A stretch of DNA of 61,162 bases, the filler included, from Sphacelaria rigidula (taxonomy: Eukaryota): assembly GCA_964200075.2 (NCBI GenBank). It is 7 parts of 7 records of this genome, joined end to end, with 100 filler letters (N's around TTAATTAATTAA, not from the genome) between each part and the next. Parts side by side here need not be neighbours in the genome. Positions count along the whole stretch, not along the records: positions 8,754 to 17,406 come from CAXNAA020010477.1; positions 17,507 to 26,158 come from CAXNAA020010478.1; positions 26,259 to 34,909 come from CAXNAA020010479.1; 4 more parts are not named here. The stretch is one strand, 5' to 3'. Below the pieces are notes generated by a model that worked only from the letters and a program-made list of their open reading frames with translations, was not told where the DNA came from and did not search any database. How positions within the stretch are numbered: position 1 is the stretch's first letter; every line of letters begins with the position of its first letter. Shown piece by piece: positions 13,755 to 26,480 of the stretch. A program made the position numbers and the translations under genes.

Positions 13755-14451
13755 CGGCCCCTTGAAAGCAGTGACATCAAACCTCGTTGGCTACCGTAGC
13801 GAACCATACGGTCACGTTTCTTTTCTGCTCCGAGCGGTTTGGTACCACGTCCCCCCTCGCCCTCTTGAAAACGGCCCGTCGAAGACAGGGGCATCAGAAC
13901 ACTGAAAGCAAGTCCAAGATGAAATTGAGCTCCTCTTCATACATGAGCACTATGTTTGTGCCCGGGTTCGAGGATTCGGAGTCTTTCTAAGCGTACGCGT
14001 CACTTGCAGCACGTATCTTTACTTGTACATATTCTTCATTTATTTCGCCAAAACAGCCCTTACTTGATTGATCCAATAGCCACGCTTCAAGTAGGCTTCA
14101 AAGCTCCAGATCTGAACAGGGTCTACTGTACTTTTTCGCTTGTCGCCCTGGACTAAATATGTGAACGCTATAAAAAATGAAAAACGTTCTTGTACTCACT
14201 TTTCGAGTTTTGTTTGTTGCTTTCATCAATGAAAAATAGTTGTTTTCAGGAACTTTCTGCTTTTTTTCAGTGCGTAATTTATTCAAGAAAACGCGGCGAT
14301 TTCCCCTCTCCCTCGTTGCGGTTGCTCTTTCCCTTCGTTTGTTCATTCACTCTCTGTTTATGGGGGGGGGGGGGTAAAGTCGACGTCCATCTGCTTGACT
14401 CCATCACTTTTATTTTTTTGTTTCAATTCAAGAAAAGGATCAAACACTCAC

Positions 14452-14584
14452 CTGTACAAAATCAGTAGCTTCGCTGACGGCCTTGAGGAAGAGATTTTTC
14501 TTGGCGCGACGTCTCTCCAGCCGCAGCTCTCTCGCTCTTAAAGCGCGCAATGCCTGGTGATCTCCGGTCCTCTCGGCCAGATAC
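14452..14584 (-). CDS. Exon of an unknown coiled-coil-like protein (YLAERTGDHQALRALRARELRLERRRAKKNLFLKAVSEATDFVQ)
   Basis: AAG acceptor, strong CAG|GTGAGT donor, helical composition; phase-0 end joins 10163. Confidence 0.65.
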
Positions 14585-16874
14585 CTTCGTTGAATTTGGT
14601 TTTGCCGTGTCGTCACGGCCGTTATGAGAAATTACGGGGAAATGTGTGACGAAAAAAAACAAAAAAGAGAAGGGTGTCGTCGAAACGTTGGGAAAACTGG
14701 AAACGGTTTTCCCTCGAATTTTGTGTGTGCGTGTAGAGAAGCTATATATATTTTTCGTGAATTTGATTATTGAAGGTACAGTATTTACTATGAAGATGAC
14801 GAAAGAAGATGGTGGAAGAAGTAGTGTCACCAGAAAAATATGATTGCAAAGTTTTCTTTCCAAATATATATATCAAAGTTGTGTATTACGCATGCATATA
14901 TTTCACATATTGTTAAGTTTCTGTTTTTGCTCTTTGCATCTCAGTTTCCTCTTCTTGTTTGTTCTACTTTTTCATTTCCGTCACTCTTGTTTTTTACTTT
15001 GTTTTCTACGCTTGTTTTTTCAATCTCATTTTCTCTACTTTTTTCTCTTTAATTTTCGGTCTTTTTTTTCTAACTCTTTTTTACTTTCTGTTCATCATTT
15101 TTTTCCCTCTTTTTATTTACTCTTTTTCTTCATTCTCTATTTTAAGATCTCGACCTCTTCCGGTTCACTTTACATTTGTGCACGTCTATCTTGTGGATAA
15201 TAATGACCACGACTGCGACCCTCGGAGATCAGTTAACTGTACGGCAATCAATCTACCAAACAAGTAACACCTGTATGAAATTCGACAGCCATGTATGTGC
15301 TTTCATGTCCTTTGTACGCCCTCCTCTTCACACTCTGCTGTTTTGTGTAGCCGTCTACGACTGCTGTAGATGTTGAAGAAACCTTCACTTATGGCCTTCT
15401 TGTTGGTACACATGCTTCTTCGTGTTATGTTTGCTTTCGACACAAAGCTCTCAGACCCCATGTCGGAGTCTGTAGAGTCAACTCATGTCATGAATATCTG
15501 TACAGAGTATACATGCTCGGTTATCATCATACGGTCGAGTGTGCAGAACGTTTTTCTCGCATCAGCTGGGCTCGGTCCGAGGCAGGAAAGAGCTCGAAAG
15601 TGTGTAGACAAACAAAATGTGTACAGAGATACATGTAACAATTTTTCCGTAACGTTGAGAGTAGAGGATACGATTGAGAGTCATGAAACGATCAATTAGT
15701 GAATGAATCGTTTCAGTTCCGGAATGCCCCTGCACGAGGTTCAATATGCTTTCTGCCGTAGCTTGCCACCGAGGCCCTTGATATCCCTGAGTAGGATATC
15801 GACGTCTAGCTGTAAGGACACGCCAGAGGTAAAGGCGAAGAAAAGAAAACACGGAATAAAATATTGGTGAAGTTGAAGCGAATGATCAAAGCCTCTCTCA
15901 ATCAGCGATCTACTCTTAATCTCGCGGTAACGAATAGATACATGTGTATGTAGCACACCCTGAACAATGACAATATTGCACTGTCAAACCGTCTACAGCG
16001 TACTGTACCCAATGTTTTGTTTACTCCCATAGACAAAAGATTTGATACTATATGTAGAGCACACCGTGAGCCATGCTACGATAGGGGGTGGGGTAATTGC
16101 TTCCACGAAAAAAGGGGCCCACAGGTGTGTCAGATGACGCAACACACTCGCGGTGCACATGTATTTAGGTGAAAAACGGAATCAATCGGTATTAATGAAC
16201 GTTTTATATCGCCAACAAGCGCGCTTAGACAACCATTTGTGGAAGATACCTCTTTGCAGTGAAAGGTACCTCTTTGCAGTGACATATCAGAGACTGATGC
16301 CACACATGTATGAAGAACCAGCGCAAGCAGGGACAAGTTAGGGACGGTCCGGCAGGACCAGATTACCGAGAACCCTGTAATGCCGACGTAACTAGACAAC
16401 TCGGGGTGATGCCAGGAAGAGCCTAATATTAGGACGGTCCAAGATCCCCCGAGGTCTTCGTCGCCCCTGGCGACCACTTCTTGCCTACATATGCAAGAGG
16501 AAATCATCGCCAGCCTCGGAGTTCCTTCGGCATCAGGACGGCAGTCTCCCCTCGTAGGTCTCTGACTACTCTAGCGATGTACCTTCCTCACACACATATA
16601 TATATATATATTATACAAGGATCGGACGGGGCCGCCTATCGGCAGCCCCGTCCTCCACGGTAGGCGTGGAAAGAGATGAATTTCATTTGGGATATGGTAA
16701 AGGCAATGACTCCTACCAAGAGGTTGAGCCAAAGATTGGATATCTGTATCGGTTATGAAACTATGTTATATGTGAGGAGTAAAAGATGGAAGATCCGGCA
16801 TGGGCGTAATGTTTGATCCGTTCGTTCGCGCAATTTTCCTACCCTTTCAGGACGTGTCTTAAACCAACTCAAAA

Positions 16875-17320
16875 GGGAGCCGTTCAAACATCCTGTATAA
16901 AACTGCCTTTTGGGTCCTTCTCCGTCGGTTTACGCCCGAAAAGAGGGTTAGGCGGATGTTGACGCCTGGGAATGACTTACTCTACTCGTTGAGACCGTTC
17001 TAGGTCAACTTTGCATTTCCCGCTGGCCGCACTTTTGTTTTTGGCCAAACCAGGCCAAACACGGATTTTCAGTATAAAACGGTCAGGTCATCAAAATTTC
17101 CCCCTGTTTCTTGATCGCTTAGCCGTCTTTTGTTGAAACTCCGTGTTTGGCCAAAAATGAAAGTGCCACCAGCGGGAAATGCAAAGGTGCCCTGGAACGG
17201 CCTCAATGAGTATAGCCAGTCATTCCAAGGAGTCAATATCCGCGTAGCCCTCTTTTCAGGCGAAAAACGACGGAGGAGGGTCAAAAATGCAGTTTTGAAC
17301 AGGAATTTCGAACGGCTCCC
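16875..17320. mobile_element. Foldback MITE with ~175-bp inverted arms
   Basis: GGGAGCCGTTC...TTGGCCAAAC (16875-17050) is the diverged reverse complement of 17145-17320. Confidence 0.85.
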
Positions 17321-17535
17321 ATTTTGTTTTTCTTCCTCACACTTTGAACCCCTCCCCTTTCTCGGGATGAGTCCGTGGTCTCAAGGGATCAACCCGTCTC
17401 TCCCCTNNNNNNNNNNNNNNNNNNNNNNNNNNNNNNNNNNNNNNNNNNNNTTAATTAATTAANNNNNNNNNNNNNNNNNNNNNNNNNNNNNNNNNNNNNN
17501 NNNNNNGGTTGGCCCCAGCTGCTTGAGAGACCGGG

Positions 17536-17580
<45 letters not shown>

Positions 17581-17759
17581 GGAATCTATATCCAACACAT
17601 TTCGCAAAAATCAAGGAAATAAAACAACGGAAAACGTGCACGGAAATCGCTCAAAACGGGAAGAACAAGCGGAAAGAAAAAAACTCCATGTTTCCCGCCA
17701 TTTGGATCTTCAAAAACGTCCCCGATCTGTGAACGTCTCCAGTCAAACATTTCGCGTAC

Positions 17760-17944
17760 CTTCCTAGCCTGCTGCTCGGGTATATCGTACTCCGACCTCA
17801 AGAAGTCGCACGGACTCTTGCCCTCCGGCAGCAGTTCGTGGAAATGCTGGTCGTACCTCCCTATGCGAAGGTGTCGGTGGAGAACGACCTCACCCGATGT
17901 TGGTTCCAGTTTTCCCGACAGCAAGTTCAGGAGCGTCGATTTCC
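17760..17944 (-). CDS. ABCF: ABC-F family ATPase, exon (GKSTLLNLLSGKLEPTSGEVVLHRHLRIGRYDQHFHELL...EQQARK)
   Basis: Second half of Walker A plus the ABCF-typical LRIGRYDQH Q-loop region; AG acceptor, GTACG donor. Confidence 0.92.
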
Positions 17945-19793
17945 CTTTTCAGGGGAAACGCGGGGTAATGATGGGATGCAGGGACGGCGGCGGCGGCGGC
18001 GGAGGGGGGGGGTCTTGTTGATCTGTACTGATTCAGCAAAAAAATTAAAAGTGAGACATTGATAGCTGGACGGCATTGTTTTCTTTTCTCCACCGAACAA
18101 CGCTCTCACCCGGGAGTTTGGGATCAGGACTGGGGGAGCAAACCGTACGATCTTTTTCAGCATATAGCCACCAATCGAAGAATCCTGTCTGCTCGTATCG
18201 GTTGTTGATTATGTCCTTAGTTGGTAGCTCTGCGGTGCCCACTGGTGTGTCTTTGTATCTACTCCGCCGCCTTGAATCCCTTGGGTGTTTTCCTTTGTAA
18301 TTGTTTTATTGCCTTTTATAATAGTTTTTGCTCTTTTTTTTTTTATTTGTAGGTCGGCCACCTCTTTCTGTGCTTTGCTTTCATTGTATTTATGTTTCTC
18401 TTCATTCTTTCTCCACGCCTTAGTCTACTATGTCGTTCTGTTCGACTTCTCCCTATTCCTTTTTTTTTTTTTAGCGAATGTGTCAGTTTTGCTTTTCTTG
18501 GGTACGTCCATCATACGACCACGGCTGGACCCATGGGTGGTCAGTTGAAGTGCGACAATCAATCAATCAACTCTCAATTTCACAATGAAACCGGTGCCTT
18601 GGCATACGGACATCAAGATGAACTTAAACGGGTGGCTTTATAAGTGTCATCATCGTTGTTACTGTTGTTTACATTTCATTGTTGTTACTATTGTGTTGTT
18701 CTTGCGAATATTGTTGTTGTCGTAATTGTTAATTTTTTTGAAGTAATGATTTTCTCAAGTTTTTTTCTATGTTCTATCACTCACTATTTGTGCGCCACCA
18801 ACTAACGAAAAAAATAACACATACACCAAAACAAACTCATAATACACAATCACNNNNNNNNNNTGTTTTTGTCGTAGTGTTTTTTTTTTTTGAGTTATTT
18901 TTTTTCTCATGTTTTTTTCTTTTTTTTTTTCCCCCCCCCCCCCGCCCCCCCCTGAACACAAAAACATTTCCTCTTTCCCATGCTTTCCGACCCCTCCCCC
19001 TCCCCCCTCCGTCGGAACGAGCAGGTACTTTCGAGGAATCATTTATCCATCTCTCTCTCCGTATCAGCCGCGTTGTGATTTACTATCGAGAAATGCGATG
19101 TCGGATGATGACCATTGCAGATCATCGAGTGTATTTCATCCATGCGTTTTCTTATTTCGGTACCATCCCTACAACGGAAACCCACTACTACCTCGGACCA
19201 AACCGACCACGGTTCGGACGAATCATCGTCGGTTTGAATCACGAAATCCACGATTTTTTAGGCCTGATTGCTCGAAAGAGAGAAAAACGTCGACCGATGG
19301 TCAAAAAGGTTCCCACACAATATTTGCGCCATTCCGCGTGCCTGGGCTTCGCGTACCTGGGTTGCAACGCTGAAAACGAAGCCTCAGGATTGATTCGTCC
19401 GATATGAATCAATCACACCAAAATCAAGTAATTTCCAGACGAACCATTCATTCGTCCGACACGTGAAACCGACCGATGCTTCACCATGGGTTGCAGCGGA
19501 TGAATCGCATGTATGGCCCAGAATCACAATCTTCCATCATTCATCCTTCAATTTGACTCCATCCCACCCTTCATCTTCTCCCCTTTCCCCTCGCGCGAGA
19601 CAGTAGTTTTGGATCATGACGCTTGGCAAAAGCAGTCGGATCACGACGAATAAAAACTAAACAAGACACGGTACCGTAAAACGAAGTAAACATTATTTCG
19701 TTTCGCCATGTCCTTCACACACGTCGATCACAAATGAAAAACAGCAATAACCACAACAACAACAACAACAACGACGACGACAACAATACTCAC

Positions 19794-19854
19794 CGACGCC
19801 GTTGGGTCCCACGATGGCCACCCTGGTGTCCGTATCCACCTTGAAGCTCAAGTC
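19794..19854 (-). CDS. ABCF: ABC-F family ATPase, exon (DLSFKVDTDTRVAIVGPNGV/G)
   Basis: Walker A GPNGVGKST is split by a phase-1 intron (G|GTGAGT ... AG|GG); typical of the second ABC domain of ABCF. Confidence 0.92.
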
Positions 19855-20010
19855 CTGAGTGGAGGACGGGGGAGGAGAGGTGAAAATACTGTCTTGGTTT
19901 TTGCTCAATCGATCGAGCACGTGATACTGAAGCAAGTCGTCCACACATGACATTTCGCACAAATAAAAAAGAGTTAGACCATCATGTATGGCGACCAATA
20001 CATATTTGTA

Positions 20011-20402
20011 CATATATGGCCATGTAAGCCCGTTTACAGGCGATTTTCCCCCGCGGATTAATTTTTCGGACCCCAGTGTGTTGGGCGATGTTTTTCGGCT
20101 AGCTCTGAGTAAACCAGCTCACTTCTCCGATTCTATGGACGTTGAAGTATGGTCCATCACCTTTCTCCTCAGATCGAGACACTCCCGCATCTCCCCCTAT
20201 TTGGGCCCTCGATATAGGGGGAATAAGAGAGTCGCCCTATCTGAACAGAAAGATGATAATACAAAACTCAACGTCCAGAGGATCGGAGAACTGCTCTGGT
20301 TTCCGCCGAGCTAGCCGCAAAACATTGCCCAACGGACTGGGGTCCGAACGATCATTTCGAGGGGGAGAATTGCCTGTAAACGGGCTGAAATTCTCATATT
20401 TG
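20011..20402. mobile_element. Foldback MITE with ~135-bp inverted arms, flanked by TA (Tc1/mariner-type)
   Basis: AGCCCGTTTACAGGC...GGACGTTGA mirrored by TCAACGTCC...GCCTGTAAACGGGCT; TA on both sides. Confidence 0.8.
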
Positions 20403-21954
20403 TACGAACAAGGATTGATTGCCACACAAGATAGTCTCAGAAATGCGGTTCATGCTCGGGGAACAAAATTGAGATTATGGCAGACAATAAGGGGCATTAT
20501 TATCGGGATTTTTTCTTCAGACCTTTCCGAATTTTCGAAAGAGTTGCAAACTTCCCTCACTTCTCCAAAAGAGAAGTTTATGAAAAAAAAAAAAAACGGC
20601 GCGAAATTTTCGGAGTCATCAGTCGTTAGTCATTTATTATTTTCATTGCTTGGCGTAGTTGAAAAACCTGCTCTCATACATATTTTTTGGAGAGTAAGTT
20701 TTCTCTTCTTTCCCCGAAAAGTCGCAAATTTCGTCAGAAGAAAAAGCCCCGTAGTAACGACCCAACACCATCTAGTATGAAGCGCGCGCGGAAGGAGGGG
20801 GGGACGGGGGGACGGGGGGGGGGAGGGGTAGGTATACTCATGATCTTGCATGCCATAGTCATAAGACCATTGACCTCGCATCCTTACAAAGCCGGGACGG
20901 AGCACGACGGGTTTTCGGCGGACCCGGTTCTCACAAATAATAGTGCGACGAACCGAGATGAAAATTTTGCCGAAAAAAAAAGTATTAAAGGGAATAAAAA
21001 ATTAAACTCAGAAGATAAACGTGGCATGTACTGTATGCAGAACACAGGACGATTACTACGACAGCTGGGAAAACGGAATGAGGGAGAAAAAAATGAGCAT
21101 ACGTGCATTTAAAATGAATTAGGTTTTTGAAGGGGGATATATTTGTATATTGTTTCTTCTTCTAAAGTAGAAATGTCACTAATGTACTGTGCAGCACCCC
21201 CCCAAAAAACAACACTTCGATTGGTTGATCACTTCGAATATTTCGTGTGCTGTTCCGGCTAAACTCCCAATCAAGCTTTGACTCATCTTGTCTACAGAAA
21301 AGTTGCATATCGTCCAAATATTGCCAGAATGTTTACATCTATGTTAATATATACGTATACAGCGGGCGCGAACTAAATAAATCAAACAGGACAGGAGTGA
21401 TATTTTCGTTTCAGTAAGTGCATGTAAAGTAACACGGGGTTCTGGAAATTGAGGATATATACATATTCCAGTATAAACCTTCAACCGTTCCACACCCTGG
21501 ACAATATCTGGTCAAGAGATTCAAATAGACCAAAAATGTACCGGATTAAGTATAGTTATACTGCAACTATTCACGGTTCGAACGAATTATCACCGGTTCG
21601 AATCATCAAATCCACGCAATGTTTGGGCCGTTCCACGTGCATGGGCCGCGCGTACCCGAGTTGCAACGCTGAAAACGAGGCCCAAGGATTGATTCATACG
21701 GTATGAATCAATAACTAAAATCAAGTAATCTCCAGACGAATCATTACTTCGTCCGACCCGTGCAACTATTGTCGACAAAATATGGTCGATACATTCAATA
21801 AACCAAAAATGTACCGGATTAAGTATAGGTCTACTGTAACTATTGCCGATCGATACATGTTCAATAGATTCAATAGACCAAAAACGTATCGGATGAAGTA
21901 CAGATCTATTGCAACTATTGAACATATATTGTCCAAGGTATAAAACCTTCATCA

Positions 21955-22235
21955 GCGTCGAGCTATTTTCAAGATAAGACGCAAATGCATTCCCCGGCCG
22001 TGATATGTGTGGCCTCGCTCATCCTCAAAATACTCATTGCGTAAATTTGTCAAATCCCGTGTTCGTCCCAATTTCGACCTCCGCCTATTCCCGTATAAGA
22101 ACACCTTTTTTATTCGCCAGACTTCCCCGGGATTTTACCATATGTTGGTGGATTTGCTTTGATTAGGATGAACGAGGCCACACATCACGGCCGGACAGTG
22201 CATTTGCATTCTATCGCTGAGATTATTTCGATGCC
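21955..22235. mobile_element. MITE with ~65-bp inverted arms
   Basis: GCAAATGCA..CCGGCCGTGAT..GTGTGGCCTCG.TCATCCT mirrored at 22163-22207, extending outward. Confidence 0.7.
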
Positions 22236-22597
22236 TCTCTAAAGGTTCCCTAAGTTCATCCTCAATAATGAACTCATCATTAAGCTATGAAATCCCGTGC
22301 TAAATGCCTTCATTCTCTGTACATTTCGACCGCGCCCTCTGTATATTTGTATATACCCACCCGTGTTGCGTGTACCACTTTGTTTTTTGCTTTCACTTTC
22401 AAACTGCTCCTCCTGTTCCGGAGGACTCCCAATGGGGTTGACGTCGGTTGGCAATGCCACTGTAAACCACGCCACTCACTGCGTAAGCTAGGCAACCAGG
22501 TTATCGATTCTATTTTTGCGCGCTTGCGTTTTATTTTTGCGGTCACCATGACGGTGGTCGAGCTAGATCATGCTGCGCGGGGAGATACAACCTCGAC

Positions 22598-22990
22598 TCC
22601 GCGCAAAGGGGATGATCGTACTACTTGGTGTTTATATAGTGAGACACCCATGAGGCCGTCTGGAACCCGTTGACTGCCTCTGGAAGTGATGATACCAGAG
22701 AATGAAGTGACTCATTGGAAACTGTCGTTCTAATGCAAGATAATCAGTACGCTTCATGCCGAAAGACTTAGCGGGATACAGCTCACCCTTCATGCGACTC
22801 GCCGAACACACCACGGCGCTTCGCGCTTGGTGATCGAGTGCGAGCCTGGTCCGGCAAAAACCCGGCGTGCTCCGTCCCGGTTTTGTAGGGATGCGAAGTC
22901 AACGGTCTTATGACTACGGCATGTAAAATCATGAAAACACCCCCCCCTTGTGCTCCGTCTCGAAAGGGATGCGTGGTCACGAGGGATCAT
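22598..22990. repeat. Dispersed ~350-bp repeat; second copy at 32140-32476
   Basis: Shared CCGCGCAAAGGGGAT...GAGACACCCATGAGGC...GATACAGCTCACCCTTCATGCGACTCGCCGAACACACCACGGCGCT; its ~95-bp end module recurs at ~20833, 25392, 28188, 32557 and 32860. Confidence 0.85.
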
Positions 22991-23477
22991 CACATCTCTC
23001 CTCCGGTACAGAACACGCCTTGTATTCTGTTACCGCGGATTGAGGTATGACTCTCGCACCGGATCGACTGTCCGGTAACAAACTCAGCCGAACACACCGA
23101 AAACGTAGTCACCACTCCGGAACGACATAAGCGACCGGTACGGACGAAATGGTGCACAATTGTTGTCCACCTCAACGTTTTCAGACGTGTCATCGAGCCC
23201 CGAGATCACTGTGTTTTTCTTTCAGTCCTCATTTGTTCTTGTTTTTCTTTTACCCCTTTTTTTTCGTCTCAAGTCTCTTCTGTCGTTGTTTGAAATCGAT
23301 TTTATTTCCCTCCGCCTGGAGACAGAAGCACACTGCATGTTTTTGACGATACTGTAGTAGTCGAACATGAAAGACAGAAAAAAACATTTGAAAGCGATTT
23401 TTTCGGCTCATCCGGTCACCCAGACTAATCACGGTTTTCGTTTGATTCTAAACTTTGGGAATCGAGAGACATGAATA

Positions 23478-24589
23478 CAGTGGGAGCTACGATTCAAGAG
23501 CGGTGTGTATCAAATCACTTGAAGCGCTCTTATATCGGGCCTGCTCGTATCTCGATATAAGAGTGATTATCTCTTGAATCGAGGGACCGGTTCAAGAGAG
23601 AACCGCCCTTCAATCGAAGATATGTTATTTACAGTGTAATGCGGGCTTCTGACAGGCCATTGAGTGAATGAATAGACTCCTGTTGTGCGGGCACGTTTCA
23701 CCTGAGTGCTTCGGAGGAGCGTTCTGAGCGTCATTATGTGTTGCTTTGCATCTCGTCGGAGAACAGATCTGCGGGAGTGACTGCAACTTGTCGTTGGGTC
23801 TCACTGTTTCGTCAGGTGAAGACAACGATCTGCAGACAGCAGCACGGGCAACCCTGACAGGGTGCTTGGTTTAGAGAAACCATTTTCCTCTTGGTCGAAG
23901 GACATTCCAGCAATAGAAGTGGGCCTGAAAATAAACTCTTACAATAGCAGTGAAGTCACACAAAGAAAGGATGACATGATTCCCTCCTTTGAGATTCATG
24001 TGAACTGCTGCTGTGCTGCACAGCAGTAAAGTACAAAACGTTTACCGAACATCACAATAATGGTGCTACTTGAAGCCCCCGTAGAGAAACGCTTTGCAGC
24101 ACGGTGGGCAGTGTCTGCGTCCCGGCTCCTTGCGGGTGTTGGAGCTGACGCATGGACGACAAACCCGTTGCAACTCAGAGTCACCCCGCGGGTGCAGTAC
24201 ACCGTAGGTGATACGAAGTTGGCCTCCACAGACGCGGCATTTATGACCCGTGGAACGCCGAGAGGCGGGCGTCAATTCTGGAAACTTACAGAGCGATCCC
24301 ACCGCACAGGACATCGTACCTCAGTCTGTGATGGTGTGGGGTGATGCTGGTATTGACCCTCCTCACCGAGCTGCGTGTGGGTACTGTACAGCAGTACTGC
24401 TGCAGCTTGCTGCAGGGAGGACGAGTTTTCCAACTAGTTCTACAGACGGGTGTGGAAGGGGGTCCGATTTAAGAGCAATCGAAGAAAAGTGGGTTCGATT
24501 CAAGAGCGGGGTGTGCCAAGCCATTTCGACCGCTCTTGAATCGGGTATTCTCTCTTATTCCGAGCGCTCTTAAATCGTAGCCCCCATTG
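23478..24589 (-). mobile_element. Non-autonomous Tc1/mariner (pogo-like) element, 1.1 kb, retaining a Cys/His finger fragment
   Basis: 25-bp TIR CAGTGGGAGCTACGATTCAAGAGCG / CGCTCTTAAATCGTAGCCCCCATTG (3 mismatches); TA at both ends; subterminal GATTCAAGAG repeats; internal ORF 24066-24314 (-). Confidence 0.85.
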
Positions 24590-25647
24590 TACCCAACAGA
24601 AGTTTCTAGAATCATGTACTCGTTCTCCACCACCAGTTTTTAACGACATGTACGGTCTCACCGGTCTTTGGGGGTCCTACGAGTGTACAATCCCTGGTTC
24701 CTGCTCTTTGATATTTTCGCTTGACCGGTCCGATCCGAATCGTCATTACAATTTACGAATCTGCACCCTTCAGCTTTTTCTCTCGATATCTATTGCGCTG
24801 CAGCCGCATGTTTTTGGGCCATATGTGGTCAATAACACTACCCGGTAAAGGGGCTTTCTTACTCCGTGTCGTTCCAACAACACAAAACTAAAAACTGTGT
24901 CCCGAGCACGACCTGCCTCATTCCCCAACGCCTACCGACTCCCACACTCTCCAGGGAAGGTGACAAATTACCTGTGAAAATAATCAGGATTGGGAAAAAA
25001 AAACGTATTCAACCCTTTCGGAACTCGCGGAAACCAGTACAAACTCCCGCATGCAGGCTTTCATCACCGGGGAATCGTCACTTCGAGTTCGGTTCACGAA
25101 TGCGTCACATTAACATGCTTGAAACTTAGAGTGATGCACCGTTTTGATGGGCTGCATCATCAACAGCTGCAGAAAAAACACTCATATCTTGCCCAAGAAA
25201 ACGGCGATCGTAAATCGTCACTTTTCCATCAACGGTTTTTTCCCTGGGTAGTCAGAACACTCATGAAACACACAAAAAAAAACTGAAATGAAAAAGACAT
25301 CGTGTTTGGCGCTCAGGGCGGTGGATGCAAATTACCCCCGAAATCGACATGGTTTGCCCTGAAAGAACCCCAGCTCTCCCCCTGGGGGGCGTACTCATGA
25401 TCTTGCATGCCGTGGGCATATGATCATCGACCTCGCATCCCTACAATGCCGGAACGGAGCACGCCGGGCTTTCGCCGGACCAGGCTCTGGGGGAGGGGGG
25501 GGGGGGGGGGGAAAAAAATTCCCCCAGTTACCCCGGGGGTCTCCCCCCATTTTTTTAAAAGGGTTTTTTTTCCCCCCCCAAAATCCCCCCCCCCNNNNNN
25601 NNNNCGCCACACGGGGAGCGGGGGGGCGGGGGGGCTTGGCGCCCCCG

Positions 25648-25681
<34 letters not shown>

Positions 25682-26095
25682 ATAATATTCCTCAGCTATC
25701 CTCGGGGTCTTCCATCCATTTCGTATACGAGTATTTCTTCTCATCCCCAAATGCCTCCACTCCGTATCAGCCACTTATGTCGGTTCAGAGTTGTATAAAT
25801 GCTTCCTCTGTCCGATAAGTGTGGTCGGTTATGGGCGTTTTTTTGCTTGGGTGCAACGGTGTTGATGATGATCCTGTTGTTGGCTTCCATTGAAAGAAAA
25901 AGCGCATACGAAGCTCATGGAAACAAAAAGAAAAATTCGTTTTCAACACTGAAATCAGGTCAGAATACACCCCATTTTGGTTTTTTCTATTTCTAGAATT
26001 CTCCTGATGATTGTTCGTAAAATTATTTGAGAGTTCGTGTTAAATATCTCACACCTAGCCCACAGACAGCACAATATGATGGACTTGCCCCCGGG

Positions 26096-26151
<56 letters not shown>

Positions 26152-26258
26152 CCCCCCCNNNNNNNNNNNNNNNNNNNNNNNNNNNNNNNNNNNNNNNNNN
26201 NNTTAATTAATTAANNNNNNNNNNNNNNNNNNNNNNNNNNNNNNNNNNNNNNNNNNNN

Positions 26259-26480
26259 AATAAGTCCCCCCCCCCCCCCGCAGAAATATGTGAGGAGGGA
26301 AAATCTAGATGTAAAACAAAAATGACTAAATCCGAGCACACTGAGCAGCTGGGAACTCCAATGCTTGGGGTCGTTTTCGTCAATGTCGCCCATATGGGGG
26401 GGGGGCTACATGAAGTCTGAAACCAGCTATCATGCGCTGTATGGCTGTTTTTTGTGACGATTTTGGGGCTGGTTTTGGGG
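26259..26480. repeat. Dispersed repeat shared with ~42100-42300
   Basis: Shared AAATCTA.ATGTAAA...CAGCTGGGAA.TC...CAATGTC.CCCATATG...CTGAAACCA. Confidence 0.7.

Larger units (their letters stand above)
19328..21762. repeat. Pair of ~140-bp direct repeats (19328-19465 and 21628-21762); three ~50-bp repeats at ~21520, ~21793 and ~21869
   Basis: Shared GTTGCAACGCTGAAAACGA...AAAATCAAGTAAT...CCAGACGAA; repeated CCAAAAATGTACCGGATTAAGTATAG. Confidence 0.8.

Noticed and set aside
25490-25680. Long G/C runs as G-quadruplex or Gly/Pro-rich coding sequence
   Set aside because: Low-quality homopolymer sequence next to N gaps, likely sequencing or assembly noise.
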